64,000 nucleotides of DNA from Nitrososphaeraceae archaeon (lineage in GTDB: Archaea > Thermoproteota > Nitrososphaeria > Nitrososphaerales > Nitrososphaeraceae): NCBI GenBank assembly GCA_035297365.1, contig DATGZA010000014.1, forward strand, positions 160,001 to 224,000. The letters run 5' to 3'. Positions 53,970 through 64,000 of the stretch are shown in pieces. The position numbers were made by a program, and so were the translations under genes. The notes under the pieces are model-generated. The model was not told the DNA's origin, did no database searches, and worked only from the letters and a program-made list of their open reading frames with translations. Within the stretch, counting starts at the first letter, position 1. Each line of letters opens with the position of its first letter.

Positions 53970-54620
53970 TTACTTGCCAAAGTCTCGGTAGTCTTCTAAA
54001 ACAAAGTCAAAATTAGCAAATTTTGTTCCATTTTTATCAACAATTTTCATTATCAATGGATCTTTTACAAAGATATCCATATTTGGATCTCCTTCAAAAT
54101 ATAATTGACTAACCAATGAGGGATTACCAGGGTTTTCAGGAATCCATGCCTTTACATGTATATGGGCAGGCCTAGTAATATTTCCTTGAGAATAACTTCC
54201 AGGGAGTATAGTATCTAGTGTATAGTTCCCATTCTCATCAGAAATAACTTTGCCTCTCAGGTTAAAATCCGTATTGTCGTACTTTCCTTTAGAGTCTGCT
54301 TGCCAAAAATCTAAGACGGCACCATTTACTGGATGGCAGTCAGGAAAACTCATGACTTTCCCAGTAACTACTAACTTTTCTCCCTCCGTTTCTCCGACAA
54401 ATTCTTCTCCTTCTTTGATTGGTGCACCTTCTTTATAGTATGGTCCTTGTACTGTTGGAAGTGTTAGTTCACAAGATGGGTTTATTTCGTTCATTTTGAT
54501 ATCATCTGATGAAGTGTTAGTATTTTGAGCATAAGACTCAGAATATGGCAAGATAGAAAGGAAAAGGGTAATTATAATCGAAAATATGACTAGAGTTTTT
54601 ATACTATTGATCTTTAACAT
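53970..54620 (-). CDS. Secreted intradiol ring-cleavage dioxygenase-like protein
   Basis: QGPYY, DFWQAD..G.Y, LRG, PG.Y and RPAHIH Fe-ligand motifs; signal peptide. Confidence 0.9.
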   Translation of the reverse strand: MLKINSIKTLVIFSIIITLFLSILPYSESYAQNTNTSSDDIKMNEINPSCELTLPTVQGPYYKEGAPIKEGEEFVGETEGEKLVVTGKVMSFPDCHPVNGAVLDFWQADSKGKYDNTDFNLRGKVISDENGNYTLDTILPGSYSQGNITRPAHIHVKAWIPENPGNPSLVSQLYFEGDPNMDIFVKDPLIMKIVDKNGTKFANFDFVLEDYRDFGK

Positions 54621-54998
54621 GTTTTGTAATTGATAGATTCAATTTATAAAAGTATTGTGACAATCCTCTCATAACAATATTGAATTTACTAGTCATATGA
54701 AAATTCAAGAAAATATTAATCTGTCATTATTAATCGATTATTACTTGAACTAAGTAAACGAATATTTATGGTGTGGGGACCATTTATAATAAAATTTAAT
54801 CACTGAGATTTACAAGAGACGAAACAATGAGTTCAACTATCTTGTTGATATGTCTTGAATATTTTGAAATTGATCTTTTGACGATTTGCTAAATGACTAA
54901 CTGAAAGTTTTGACAAATTAATGATGTTTTTTAATTTCGAAATTCAAAAATAATAACCCTAGTGTAAAATTATTCCATCAAGTGCTTGTTTATATTGA

Positions 54999-55409
54999 TC
55001 AAATTTGATTAATTCCACTTCTTTTATTTGCTATAATATTTTCAATTTCCTTCAATTCGGTGCTGTTAATCAACATATCACCTTTACTTTGACTATCGAT
55101 GTCTTCTATACGTGTACTTCCTCTAGGTAGATCTTCTAATACATTTACTGCCAAAGTTTCGGCCTTAATTTGTGATTGTGCTAATTCTATTGATGCTTGA
55201 TTAATTAGATCTGCATTACTTATCATTGATGACTGATTATTAATAAAGAGAACTCTGAAATTTTCTGGCAGGTAGGATAATAGAGAATCTCGTTGTTGAC
55301 CTGTAACAAATGACTCCGTTAACATTATGTGTATAGATAAAATAGATAAAATAAAAATCAAGAATAATGATAATAAATTTAAATTTGTAAAAACTTTCTT
55401 TCTTATCAT
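54999..55409 (-). CDS. Hypothetical protein with N-terminal hydrophobic segment
   Basis: 136-aa ORF with signal or anchor helix. Confidence 0.5.
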   Translation of the reverse strand: MIRKKVFTNLNLLSLFLIFILSILSIHIMLTESFVTGQQRDSLLSYLPENFRVLFINNQSSMISNADLINQASIELAQSQIKAETLAVNVLEDLPRGSTRIEDIDSQSKGDMLINSTELKEIENIIANKRSGINQI

Positions 55410-56624
55410 ACATCTAGAAGGATTTTATACTATATATATAGGTAAACTTTCATAGTTTAAACGTCTTTATTTTTGAAACTCTTTCATGTCTTTTAGAGCT
55501 CTTGCTAGGTATGTTTATTATTAATCCGACAAGATTTCATATGGTTGTCCCACTGGTAGATCACTTGTCGTTTCCTTTTTCTGCGCTCCTACTGCCTATA
55601 GAACGTCTAAACTCCTTTATTCCTCTTATGGATCCTCCTCCATCTCTGATGCTAACATGACATGATCAATTGTCTATAGTATTTGTGATCGAATGACTTA
55701 TTGATAAATGACTTTATTGGTATCAGAACTCAATGTTTTATTATTTGAAGAGATTTGCCACTTTTAGAAGCTATTGTTCTACATACTCTCTTCTTAACAT
55801 AATTGCTAATACTGTATGTACAGAATCAGATGGTAAAACAGTATAAACAATTTTCGCCTATATATTATCTACATTCATTAAATAAGTTATCTGATTACCA
55901 TTAAATTACTCTCATTAGGATTTTACAAACGGTAGTAATCTGAAAATTGATAAAAAAAGAGTTAGAATCTTTGTTTAATGACTGTTTTTATGAGGTTCTT
56001 TTAGTTGGTCTGATGCTACCGGTATCAGCTTATACTTTATTATCCTTATATCATAATTCTGCCAGACGTCGGTATTGATCAGAATTTTAACTTTATTAAG
56101 ATAGATTCGAAATTTTACAAGATTTTATGAAAAGCTTTATGATCCAGAAATAATCTAAAAGATACAGCTGATGAATTCAATATTTGCAGGCAGGTTTATC
56201 ACGATAATAAATTAGATACCTAAACTGAATTTGATCAAGATTTTATCAAGTAATGATGTCTTTTCAAAAGACGTTAGCGGCTTTTTTGATAGAGCTCTCC
56301 CGGTGGCCTGACTTAATGAAAAAATATCGTATTTGTTTATCAGTGAATCTAATATTATTCATGTACATATTTTCTAAGTACTATACTAGATTAACTTTTA
56401 ATCTTTTCAGAATGACCCAAGGCAATGTTATTAGAATTTCTTTTTGAATATTAGGTTCTGTAAAAAAATTTTAGAGCGACTTGTAATTTCAATTTTGTTT
56501 TCGATCATTAAACAAAACATAATTGTTAGCAGTTCAACTAATAGTCAAGAAAGAGTATGCTCTCCTAAGGAAGTTCAATAAAATTGCAGTTCAAATAATA
56601 AAAAAAGTTAGTAATAAAAAAAGG

Positions 56625-56744
56625 TTAGGCATTTATAATAATTGGTTTTTCTTCCACTTTTTCTGTGTCATCCTCTTCTTGCTTTTTAACCAATTTCTTG
56701 TATTTTAGTTCGATCTTCTCTGGTATTTCGTAATCGAAACACAT
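56625..56744 (-). CDS. 39-aa microprotein
   Basis: MCFDYEIPEKIELKYKKLVKKQEEDDTEKVEEKPIIINA; T-rich tract downstream on the minus strand. Confidence 0.6.
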   Translation of the reverse strand: MCFDYEIPEKIELKYKKLVKKQEEDDTEKVEEKPIIINA

Positions 56745-57520
56745 ACAAATATACTTGAACTCGGTTTCTAATAAATATTATATTATTCGGGTTGATTTAT
56801 ACCAGTATTTTTTTATCTGTCTGCTTTGTTATGACTTTCAAAATTCATTTTAGGCTTATTGATAGCCTTTGATAGGCTTTCTATTGACGTTGAAATCTTT
56901 AGGTATAAATTTCAAGTCAAATAGTCACCTCACGCATCTATTGAAAATATAAACATAAAATTCATCTTAGAATTTTATCGAATGAAAAATATACGATTAT
57001 CCATCGACATTTGTCATCCCGTTTCTGTCTGTAGTCGTAATTAAGTAACATCTTGCCTATTACAAAGTCAACAACTTGGATACTATCCGAAAGTTAAAAA
57101 CGGGTATTTTATCTGGAAATATACCGTTTAATATGCTTTTCATCTATACTACAGTTAGTTATTTTAGTGAAAGTCAATTATCGTAAAGGGAAAATGATAC
57201 GATTTATTTTAGATCTATGTGTTCTGCAATAAACCCGAACATTAAAAGATCATTGTTACGGATGAAGTGAGACAAAAGCCAAATTTCATGTTAATGGTAT
57301 TTCGTATTAGAATGTGAAATTTATGCAAATGAAAATAATACCTTCAGATATTTATAATCAACTCAATATACTTCATAATTATGAATTAATAAATATTATA
57401 TTAGAGACCGAAACTTAATGAAATCCGCTTTACCGAAAAAATTGATATGTTTGTATAAAATTATTTTAATATTTTTCACAGTATTGTGACTATACATTAA
57501 ATCTGTATCAGTATCGAAAT

Positions 57521-57736
57521 TCAATTTAATTGTCCACTCTCAAACCAGAATTTAAATTCGTCAAGTGTCGGTTTTTTATCTTTATTGGTAGCTAAATTAA
57601 GATGATAGAGCACATAGTTTATCTTTTCAATTGTCTTTTTATTATCATCAATATTTTCTTCTGCAACTTCTAAAGATTTTTTTCGTAAATCAGAGGGAAG
57701 GCTGGTTCACCACTCGGCAAATGTTCTTTTTCTCAT
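57521..57736 (-). pseudogene. Small protein with in-frame TGA at a probable Trp codon
   Basis: MRKRTFAEW*TSLPSDLRKK...INYVLYHL...KPTLDEFKFWFESGQLN; TGA at 57707-57709. Confidence 0.6.
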
Positions 57737-58264
57737 GCTTTTCATAACTTAGTATTTATTAAATGATTTAAAAAATTTTTGATAAAGATTTATGTATCAT
57801 TATAATATACTAATATAATTTTATTATTATATATACAAGAAATAATCTATATACATAATATTATTACAGATATTGTGTTAATTGACAGAAATTATGAATA
57901 ATTTGGTTTTATACATGTTATTTTATGTTATTTTTTTGAGTTAAAAACTTTACATAAATTGGCTTCATTAAATGATATTTTTAATAAATTTTTTTTAATT
58001 TTTCATAAATTTAATTCTTGAATCTCTACATTGCAACAAGGGTTTCTATCTAAATTAATATAATTATAAAATAAAAATAATTGATCAATAACATTGCTCT
58101 GGCGAAATACAGATAATCCCCTGTTCAAGTGTTATTGATTTCATATTGTACTAAAAGATATTTTTTATGTATGTTACTGTCGTTAATTCAGAATATTGAA
58201 TTAGTAAAAATTTATTTAATGATCTGTCCTAGCTCAGATATATTTAGTTGAGTAACAAAAAATA

Positions 58265-58825
58265 ATGAATAGGCAAAGAAACAAAACGATCAGTTTTGTT
58301 GCAATAATGATAGCAGCGGCAAGTATAACTGGTCTAGTGACACCGTCATTAGGCATAGATGTGCAAGCAGAAAAGGATGGAGGAGAATATGGCTCTAATT
58401 ACAACGATAACAAATACAAACAAGAGTCCAATCACAACAGTAACTATGCAGGCGATGAATATGCAAAATATTATGACCCAAAAGATAAAAATGTAAAAGT
58501 ACAGGTAATTAAATGTGAGAATACTATAAACAACATTCAAGTCTCAGACATAAAAGGTGAAATAGATCAAGATGCTACAAATGCTAATATCCCAATTTTA
58601 GGAGGACTTGGAGCTGAAGATACGTCAGCAGAAGGAATTCCAAATGAGGCAAGTAACCTTGAAGAGAATGGATTAAACTTTGACAAGAACGTAGTTGTTA
58701 TATGTAAAAATGACAATAATTCCGATAACGATCAAAGTCTCGATGTTGGATTAGCTCAGGCAGCATCAAACGAAGCAAACCAAGATAACGATGTTGTAGA
58801 TATTGACGGAGAGGAAGAGGAATAA
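58265..58825 (+). CDS. Secreted acidic low-complexity protein
   Basis: Signal peptide; IKCEN..NN and VVICKNDNN motifs; D/E/N-rich. Confidence 0.78.
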   Translation: MNRQRNKTISFVAIMIAAASITGLVTPSLGIDVQAEKDGGEYGSNYNDNKYKQESNHNSNYAGDEYAKYYDPKDKNVKVQVIKCENTINNIQVSDIKGEIDQDATNANIPILGGLGAEDTSAEGIPNEASNLEENGLNFDKNVVVICKNDNNSDNDQSLDVGLAQAASNEANQDNDVVDIDGEEEE

Positions 58826-59038
58826 ATCGAACTTTCGTTGCATGAGATATAAAGAGCATAAAAATATACAAATAGTTCACCTAGACGGATCATATAAAAA
58901 ACTTCTTTCTTTTTTTTGATTTCTATTACTTGATGGTATCTTTGTTTTTTTTTTGTAATATTAATTTACTACCTAATTTTCATGTGACTTATTTTTACGG
59001 TTGATTTAAATTCAAACAATTACTATGTTTTCAATAAA

Positions 59039-59476
59039 ATGACCGCATCAAACATAGTTACTAAATATATTACATTGTCTTCTAGAGGAGAAAATGATAT
59101 TATTGATATCACAAGTAACGTTAACAAGATATTACTAGAAAGTCAAATGAAAAATGGAATAGTAACACTTTTTGTGGTTGGTTCTACAGCAGCAGTAACT
59201 ACCATAGAGTATGAACCAGGTCTGAGAAAGGATTTTCCCAGAATGTTGGAACGAATAGCATCTAAAGATATTGAATATGAACATGATAATACATGGCATG
59301 ATGGCAATGGACACGCACATGTAAGAGCGTCGTTAATTGGTCCCAGTTTAACCGTCCCTTTCGTTGATGGTAAATTCACCCTTGGAACTTGGCAGCAGAT
59401 TGTTTTTCTAGAATTGGATACAAGAAGTAGAAATAGAAAAATTGTAGTTCAATTAATTGGAAGTAAAATTTCCTAA
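59039..59476 (+). CDS. yjbQ: YjbQ/UPF0047 family protein
   Basis: DIT, STA.VT.IE, NGHAH.RASL.G and LGTWQ motifs. Confidence 0.93.
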   Translation: MTASNIVTKYITLSSRGENDIIDITSNVNKILLESQMKNGIVTLFVVGSTAAVTTIEYEPGLRKDFPRMLERIASKDIEYEHDNTWHDGNGHAHVRASLIGPSLTVPFVDGKFTLGTWQQIVFLELDTRSRNRKIVVQLIGSKIS

Positions 59477-59652
59477 ATTTAAAATTGTTTGTGACTATAT
59501 TTTCTATTTCATGATATGATTTTTTCGTGTTCTGATGTCTTTTGCTTTAATGTCGTATAAAAATATGGATCCGTATCTTTTGTTCAATTTATCCTCTCCC
59601 CCTTATCCAAGAGTATTACACAATTTATCTACTATCTATATGAAAATACTTC

Positions 59653-60603
59653 ATGGACCTATGGTATGATAATTCTGCTCCTGTGATCTCCAGTAAGAAA
59701 GGAAAATCACTGCTTCACAATTTTTTCGTTTATGGCAAAGAGGGATTGACTATTAACCCATATCAGGGATGTCATCACAGATGTGGGTATTGTTATGCAA
59801 CTTATGATTGGTCTCCAGAGTTCTTCGATCATATCTATGCCAAAATAAATGCTGCAGATCTATTGTATGAACAAATTAGAAAAAACAAAATCAAAATTTC
59901 TCATCCTGTAATGATTTCCTCAGCAACCGATGCTTATCAACCAGCCGAGTTAAAGTACTCTATAACTCGACAATGTGTACAAGTATTACAAAAATTTGGA
60001 ATTCCGTATTACATTTTTACCAAGTCGATAATAATTGAGAGAGATTTGGAGTTACACAAACGATATTCTGATAAATGTTTCATAGTGTGGTCAATTACTA
60101 CTTGCAATGAGGACGTAAAAAGAATAATCGAACCAGGTACGCCTACATTTGACTCTTTATTTAAGGTAATCGAAAAATTCACAAATTCTGAAATCCAGTG
60201 TGTTGTTAATATTGATCCTATTCTACCTCTAATTACTGATTCAAAAAGCGATCTAGAAAAAATTTTAGATACCGCTGTCAACAGTGGAGTCAATTTTATT
60301 AGCGGATCAATTTTAAGGCTTAGATCCGACATTTGGGAGAGATTGAAATCTATCCTGCACCTTCTGGATATGTCAGATGCAAAAAAACAATATGAACAAA
60401 TTTACAACATTAAAGAACCGATAAAAGTAAAGATCAGTGTGAATGCCGAAAATAAATACTCATACACAATTTTAAACATGTTGATGAGAGAATGCGATAA
60501 AAGAAATCTGAAATATGGATTTCCCAATCTGAAACCTCAGGAAAATGACCGTTCATCTGCAGATAATTTAAAAATGGTTACTCTTTCCGATTTCATAAAG
60601 TAA
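59653..60603 (+). CDS. Radical SAM protein, SplB/Rv2578c-like
   Basis: NPYQGCHHRCGYCYA, ISSATDAYQPAE, TKS and IEPG motifs. Confidence 0.9.
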   Translation: MDLWYDNSAPVISSKKGKSLLHNFFVYGKEGLTINPYQGCHHRCGYCYATYDWSPEFFDHIYAKINAADLLYEQIRKNKIKISHPVMISSATDAYQPAELKYSITRQCVQVLQKFGIPYYIFTKSIIIERDLELHKRYSDKCFIVWSITTCNEDVKRIIEPGTPTFDSLFKVIEKFTNSEIQCVVNIDPILPLITDSKSDLEKILDTAVNSGVNFISGSILRLRSDIWERLKSILHLLDMSDAKKQYEQIYNIKEPIKVKISVNAENKYSYTILNMLMRECDKRNLKYGFPNLKPQENDRSSADNLKMVTLSDFIK

Positions 60604-60650
60604 AAAACAGAGGACCCACTTGATAAAGTAACAAACAGAGGACCCACATG
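60595..60650. repeat. 28-bp tandem duplication covering the radical SAM gene stop codon
   Basis: ATAAAGTAAAAAACAGAGGACCCACTTG and ATAAAGTAACAAACAGAGGACCCACATG (2 mismatches). Confidence 0.9.
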
Positions 60651-60713
60651 AATTTGTATATGAAAAAGTGTTAATAAAACATAAAATAGCCGATAATTAA
60701 TATAAAATAATTA

Positions 60714-61304
60714 TTGAAGTCATATAACATAGATAACTTTCAATTAATGTTGATTATATTATCGGTTTCATTAATCTTGATTCTAGGTAATACTGGAATA
60801 ATAAATGAGGCATTAGCAATTTTTGAGAGCAAAGCAGATCAAAGTTTTATTACATATGATAATAGTAAAATGAGATTTAGTCTCATGTATCCATCTAATT
60901 GGCAGATGGAAGAACATTTTAATGGCTTTGTCACTATTACTGCTCCAATTGAAGATTACACACAAAACCGGTTTCCAGCAGGACTGGGAATTTTTCCACT
61001 AAAATTAGAATCACAAAATATTTCTCTGACAGCATTAAAGAACGTTCATCTTAAGAATTTAACCAGCAATCTTAAAGAATTTCAATTGTTGGGATCTAAT
61101 CAAATTATTCTTCCAGGAAATTATCCCGCACAGCAAATAGTTTTTACTGCACTGGACGGGGATGAAATCAGAAAATCGATGCAAATTATTGTTAAAAATC
61201 AAGACAGAGCATATCTTATTACATACAAAGCTGATTTGAACAAGTATGATAGTTATTTCCAAACGATTCAAAAAATCCTTGAAACTCTTGTCTTTACAAA
61301 ATGA
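60714..61304 (+). CDS. Secreted PsbP-like protein
   Basis: F..Y.....FS..YP.NW and AYLITY.A...Y......IQKIL pattern. Confidence 0.8.
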   Translation: MKSYNIDNFQLMLIILSVSLILILGNTGIINEALAIFESKADQSFITYDNSKMRFSLMYPSNWQMEEHFNGFVTITAPIEDYTQNRFPAGLGIFPLKLESQNISLTALKNVHLKNLTSNLKEFQLLGSNQIILPGNYPAQQIVFTALDGDEIRKSMQIIVKNQDRAYLITYKADLNKYDSYFQTIQKILETLVFTK

Positions 61305-61327
61305 TTTTTTCCTAATATCGTCACGAA

Positions 61328-61633
61328 TTGAAGTATATTAAATTACTCTACTACTTTTTCACTCCTAGAAATAAATATTTAAGATTTGGTTTGATTTTCT
61401 TGTTAACTTTTTCAATATTAGCTATCTACCTGAACTTCCAAGGTATGACTTGTCTTAAACAACTAGCTCCTTACTATAGTTCAAATATTGGCGATACAAA
61501 AATCAAATCAATTGAATCTCTAGAAATGAATTGTTTTATTGTTACTAATTCTTATGTCTATTCCATCTTTGGTATAATTATTGGGATTATATTGATATTA
61601 GTTTATTTTTTCAAAATCAAAAAAAGAAAATAG
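61328..61633 (+). CDS. Two-TM hypothetical protein
   Basis: Two hydrophobic helices, a Cys pair in the loop and a basic tail. Confidence 0.65.
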   Translation: MKYIKLLYYFFTPRNKYLRFGLIFLLTFSILAIYLNFQGMTCLKQLAPYYSSNIGDTKIKSIESLEMNCFIVTNSYVYSIFGIIIGIILILVYFFKIKKRK

Positions 61634-61703
61634 ATTTCTAATTTATTTTCAATGTATTATGTGCCTTTAACAATACAGGTTCAGTACGTCCTGCTTCTGC
61701 ATC

Positions 61704-62252
61704 TTAATGAGTTTCATGTTCTCCCTTGGCTATTTCATTAACGCCTATTACGACGGTTGAGGTAACTGGAAATTCTATGTCGTCTTCGGTTGGATTCATT
61801 AAGGCGATATCTGTTATTTTAGAGACATTTCCACCTGGCATCAAATCAACATGATATAGACATAAATCTCCAGGTTTAGATAGATTTGCTACATTTTCTA
61901 ATTCAGCTGGAGAAAATTGTGGTGCAGACCCTATTAAGACTTGAATTGGAGAAACAGAGTCATCTCCACATGGTATTTTTACTGCAACATGACCTTTTAA
62001 TATCATATCAGGGGTACTGTCATATAGATGGATAAAATCCTGGGCTGGTAATACTATATCCTGCAGCAAAACAGTAACGGAATCCCTGACCGAAATTCCT
62101 TCAGTGTACTCTTCACCGTGCTCTTCAGTAGTTGTTGCATTAGACATTGTCTCGTTGCCTCCTTGTGCAAAGCTAGGTACTGTATTCAAAAGTCCTATCG
62201 CAAATACTACCGTGACAAATACTATGATACTATTTGTATGATATTTTCCCAT
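61704..62252 (-). CDS. Secreted His/Cys-containing conserved protein
   Basis: Signal peptide; DFIHLYD, GHVA.K.PC, CLYHVD and C-terminal EHETH. Confidence 0.8.
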   Translation of the reverse strand: MGKYHTNSIIVFVTVVFAIGLLNTVPSFAQGGNETMSNATTTEEHGEEYTEGISVRDSVTVLLQDIVLPAQDFIHLYDSTPDMILKGHVAVKIPCGDDSVSPIQVLIGSAPQFSPAELENVANLSKPGDLCLYHVDLMPGGNVSKITDIALMNPTEDDIEFPVTSTVVIGVNEIAKGEHETH

Positions 62253-62420
62253 TAAATCTTCTTGACAATTAATGCTTTTAAACTTTATAGTACATTATTC
62301 GAAGATTCGATATTGTTGAATTTATCGGTTACTATACTATATCCTGAAATATTTTGTTTATAAAAAAATTGCTCCTTTCAAGGTTGTACCATAATATATT
62401 TAAATTCTTTCTGTTGATTT

Positions 62421-62834
62421 ATGACATTGCTAAGGAATTTTAATAATCCAGATACATTCTATAATAAGCCAAAAGTACTTGCTTTGATTGCAAGCGTTGT
62501 GATCTCATTTTTAACTGTTCCAGCTATCTTACCGCACATTTACCACACAAATATGATTTACCATATTATAGTCCATTTGACATCATTGATAATCTCACAA
62601 TTCCTTGCATTAGTTTCTATCCTAGCATATGTTAGAACCAAAAGTGTCAAGATCTTCTTTATGACCCTAGGTTTTGTAACTCTCGTAGCGGTAGAATACT
62701 TGTACCTCTTTAATTCCACTGCAGATATTTACGGTATTCTTATTCCAATTACTAATATAGAACTTTCTCACGTCATTCTACTAATTATGGTAATTTTTTT
62801 TGGTATAAGTTTTCTGAAAGGTGGTAATAAATGA
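62421..62834 (+). CDS. Four-TM His-rich membrane protein
   Basis: LPHIYH...YHIIVH and ELSH; stop overlaps the next gene's start by 4 nt. Confidence 0.78.
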   Translation: MTLLRNFNNPDTFYNKPKVLALIASVVISFLTVPAILPHIYHTNMIYHIIVHLTSLIISQFLALVSILAYVRTKSVKIFFMTLGFVTLVAVEYLYLFNSTADIYGILIPITNIELSHVILLIMVIFFGISFLKGGNK

Positions 62835-63370
62835 ATAGAGAATTTGCTCTAGCAAAGAGAGAAAAAAATTCAGTTCAAGAAAAAATAATTTATTTTATTA
62901 TTAAATTTCCAGGAGTCAGATACAGGGAATTGTTAAGACTGACTGGACTTTCTAATGGTGTACTTACCTATCATTTAAATATATTGGATCATTACGGTAA
63001 AGTTAAAATCGACAGAATTAACAACAGAGTAACTAGATATTATTCTAAAGATATACCTGATAAGGAGTCCAAAATTTTAGCAATATTGAGACAAAAAAGT
63101 ACAAGAAATGTTTTACTGTTTATAACGTATCATGATTCTTGCACCTTTAATGAAATAGTAGCTTATACCCATAAGGTTCCATCAACTGTCTCATGGCATT
63201 TGATGAAACTAAAAGAATCCAATATGATCAGGATACGAAGGTACAAAGATTATAATGTTTATGATCTATCGATAGATAAAACTTTTCTACTCGATACTTT
63301 ACAAAAATACAACAAAAGTCTCAGTTCTGACATTGTCGAAGATTATGTTGAAATGATGGAAGAATTTTAA
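62831..63370 (+). CDS. Double-wHTH (ArsR-like) regulator
   Basis: PG.RYREL.R.TGLSNGVL.YHL and STVSWHL..L motifs. Confidence 0.88.
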   Translation: MNREFALAKREKNSVQEKIIYFIIKFPGVRYRELLRLTGLSNGVLTYHLNILDHYGKVKIDRINNRVTRYYSKDIPDKESKILAILRQKSTRNVLLFITYHDSCTFNEIVAYTHKVPSTVSWHLMKLKESNMIRIRRYKDYNVYDLSIDKTFLLDTLQKYNKSLSSDIVEDYVEMMEEF

Positions 63371-63416
63371 TTTTTCACGAACTTTATCCCCTAGAGTTAG
63401 CCAAATAGTTTTATCT

Positions 63417-63444
63417 ATATCTATCGTTTCTAGTCGATAGATAT
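63417..63444. promoter_or_regulatory. Inverted repeat with 10-bp arms (operator or terminator)
   Basis: ATATCTATCG-TTTCTAGT-CGATAGATAT, 46 bp after the regulator stop. Confidence 0.45.
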
Positions 63445-64000
63445 TTTACTTTTATCAGGAATCGACATTTTTTTCCGTTATCGGCTCAAAATTTTTTAGA
63501 AGGATATCTTAATCTATACATCCTCTCAAAAAAACGAAAACAAAAAATGGCTTTCCAAAATGGAAGTATCGTAAATATTGTTTCTCCTAAGACATGCAAA
63601 AGACAGAGAACTTCATATTAATTAACTATGCAATATTATCAGAATGGAATTAAAAATGCAGGTGACCAGAAATGGTCACCTGAAACGAAACTACTCGAAA
63701 CCTTGTTAAAGGTGTTTTAATTCATTTACATGCATAAGTGTTAATAACCTTATGGTACATTCGATGAATGTACTTTAATAGATTAATCTTCTATAATGAA
63801 CTTATTTTAATTTATCTTGGTAAAAATGAAAATTTAAGAATCTTTTCTGAATTGTCTAATCCTTTCTCAGTTCTATCTTTTGCTAATTTAAACAGACTAT
63901 TGCTATCTAAAACATAATGTACTATTAGATATGAAGAATTTGAAAATGGATCTATTGACACAGAACTTTTACTTATTTCATCAAAATCAATGTCATTTAT

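Noticed and set aside
57604-57616. GATAGAGCACATA match to the 150-bp repeat
   Set aside because: Isolated 13-mer inside a coding remnant with no flanking similarity.
43040-57736. Stop-codon reassignment or selenocysteine in the island
   Set aside because: Both TAA and TGA are involved, neighbours have frameshifts, and core genes use these codons as normal stops.

Overview
AT-rich archaeal chromosomal window, inferred from gene content to be an ammonia-oxidising Nitrososphaeraceae (Nitrosocosmicus-like) genome. Bases 1-35.9 kb are mostly core genes: 3-hydroxyacyl-CoA dehydrogenase, ahcY, tRNA-Val, cofD/cofC, purB, queD, valS, cdc6 with an adjacent 1.1-kb candidate origin, nep1-rnp4-rps19e, rpl44e-rps27e, the cobD-cobQ-cbiB-cobS-cobY cluster, asd, cyoE and a TFB paralogue. 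From tRNA-Thr(GGT) at 35913 to about 58.9 kb lies a low-density accessory region with many pseudogenes. It is punctuated by four downstream copies of the tRNA-Thr 3' end (39070, 42808, 45757, 50219), and no intact integrase was seen. The two long copies close decayed members of a small-ORF family. The two short copies close a ~150-bp repeat made of an archaeal promoter followed by a ~70-nt sequence that folds by eye into a tRNA-like cloverleaf. Inverted tRNA fragments also sit just downstream of the tRNA. This tRNA-anchored cassette array is the most interesting structure in the window. Core-like genes resume at 59 kb. All calls come from manual reading and motif recognition; no searches were run.
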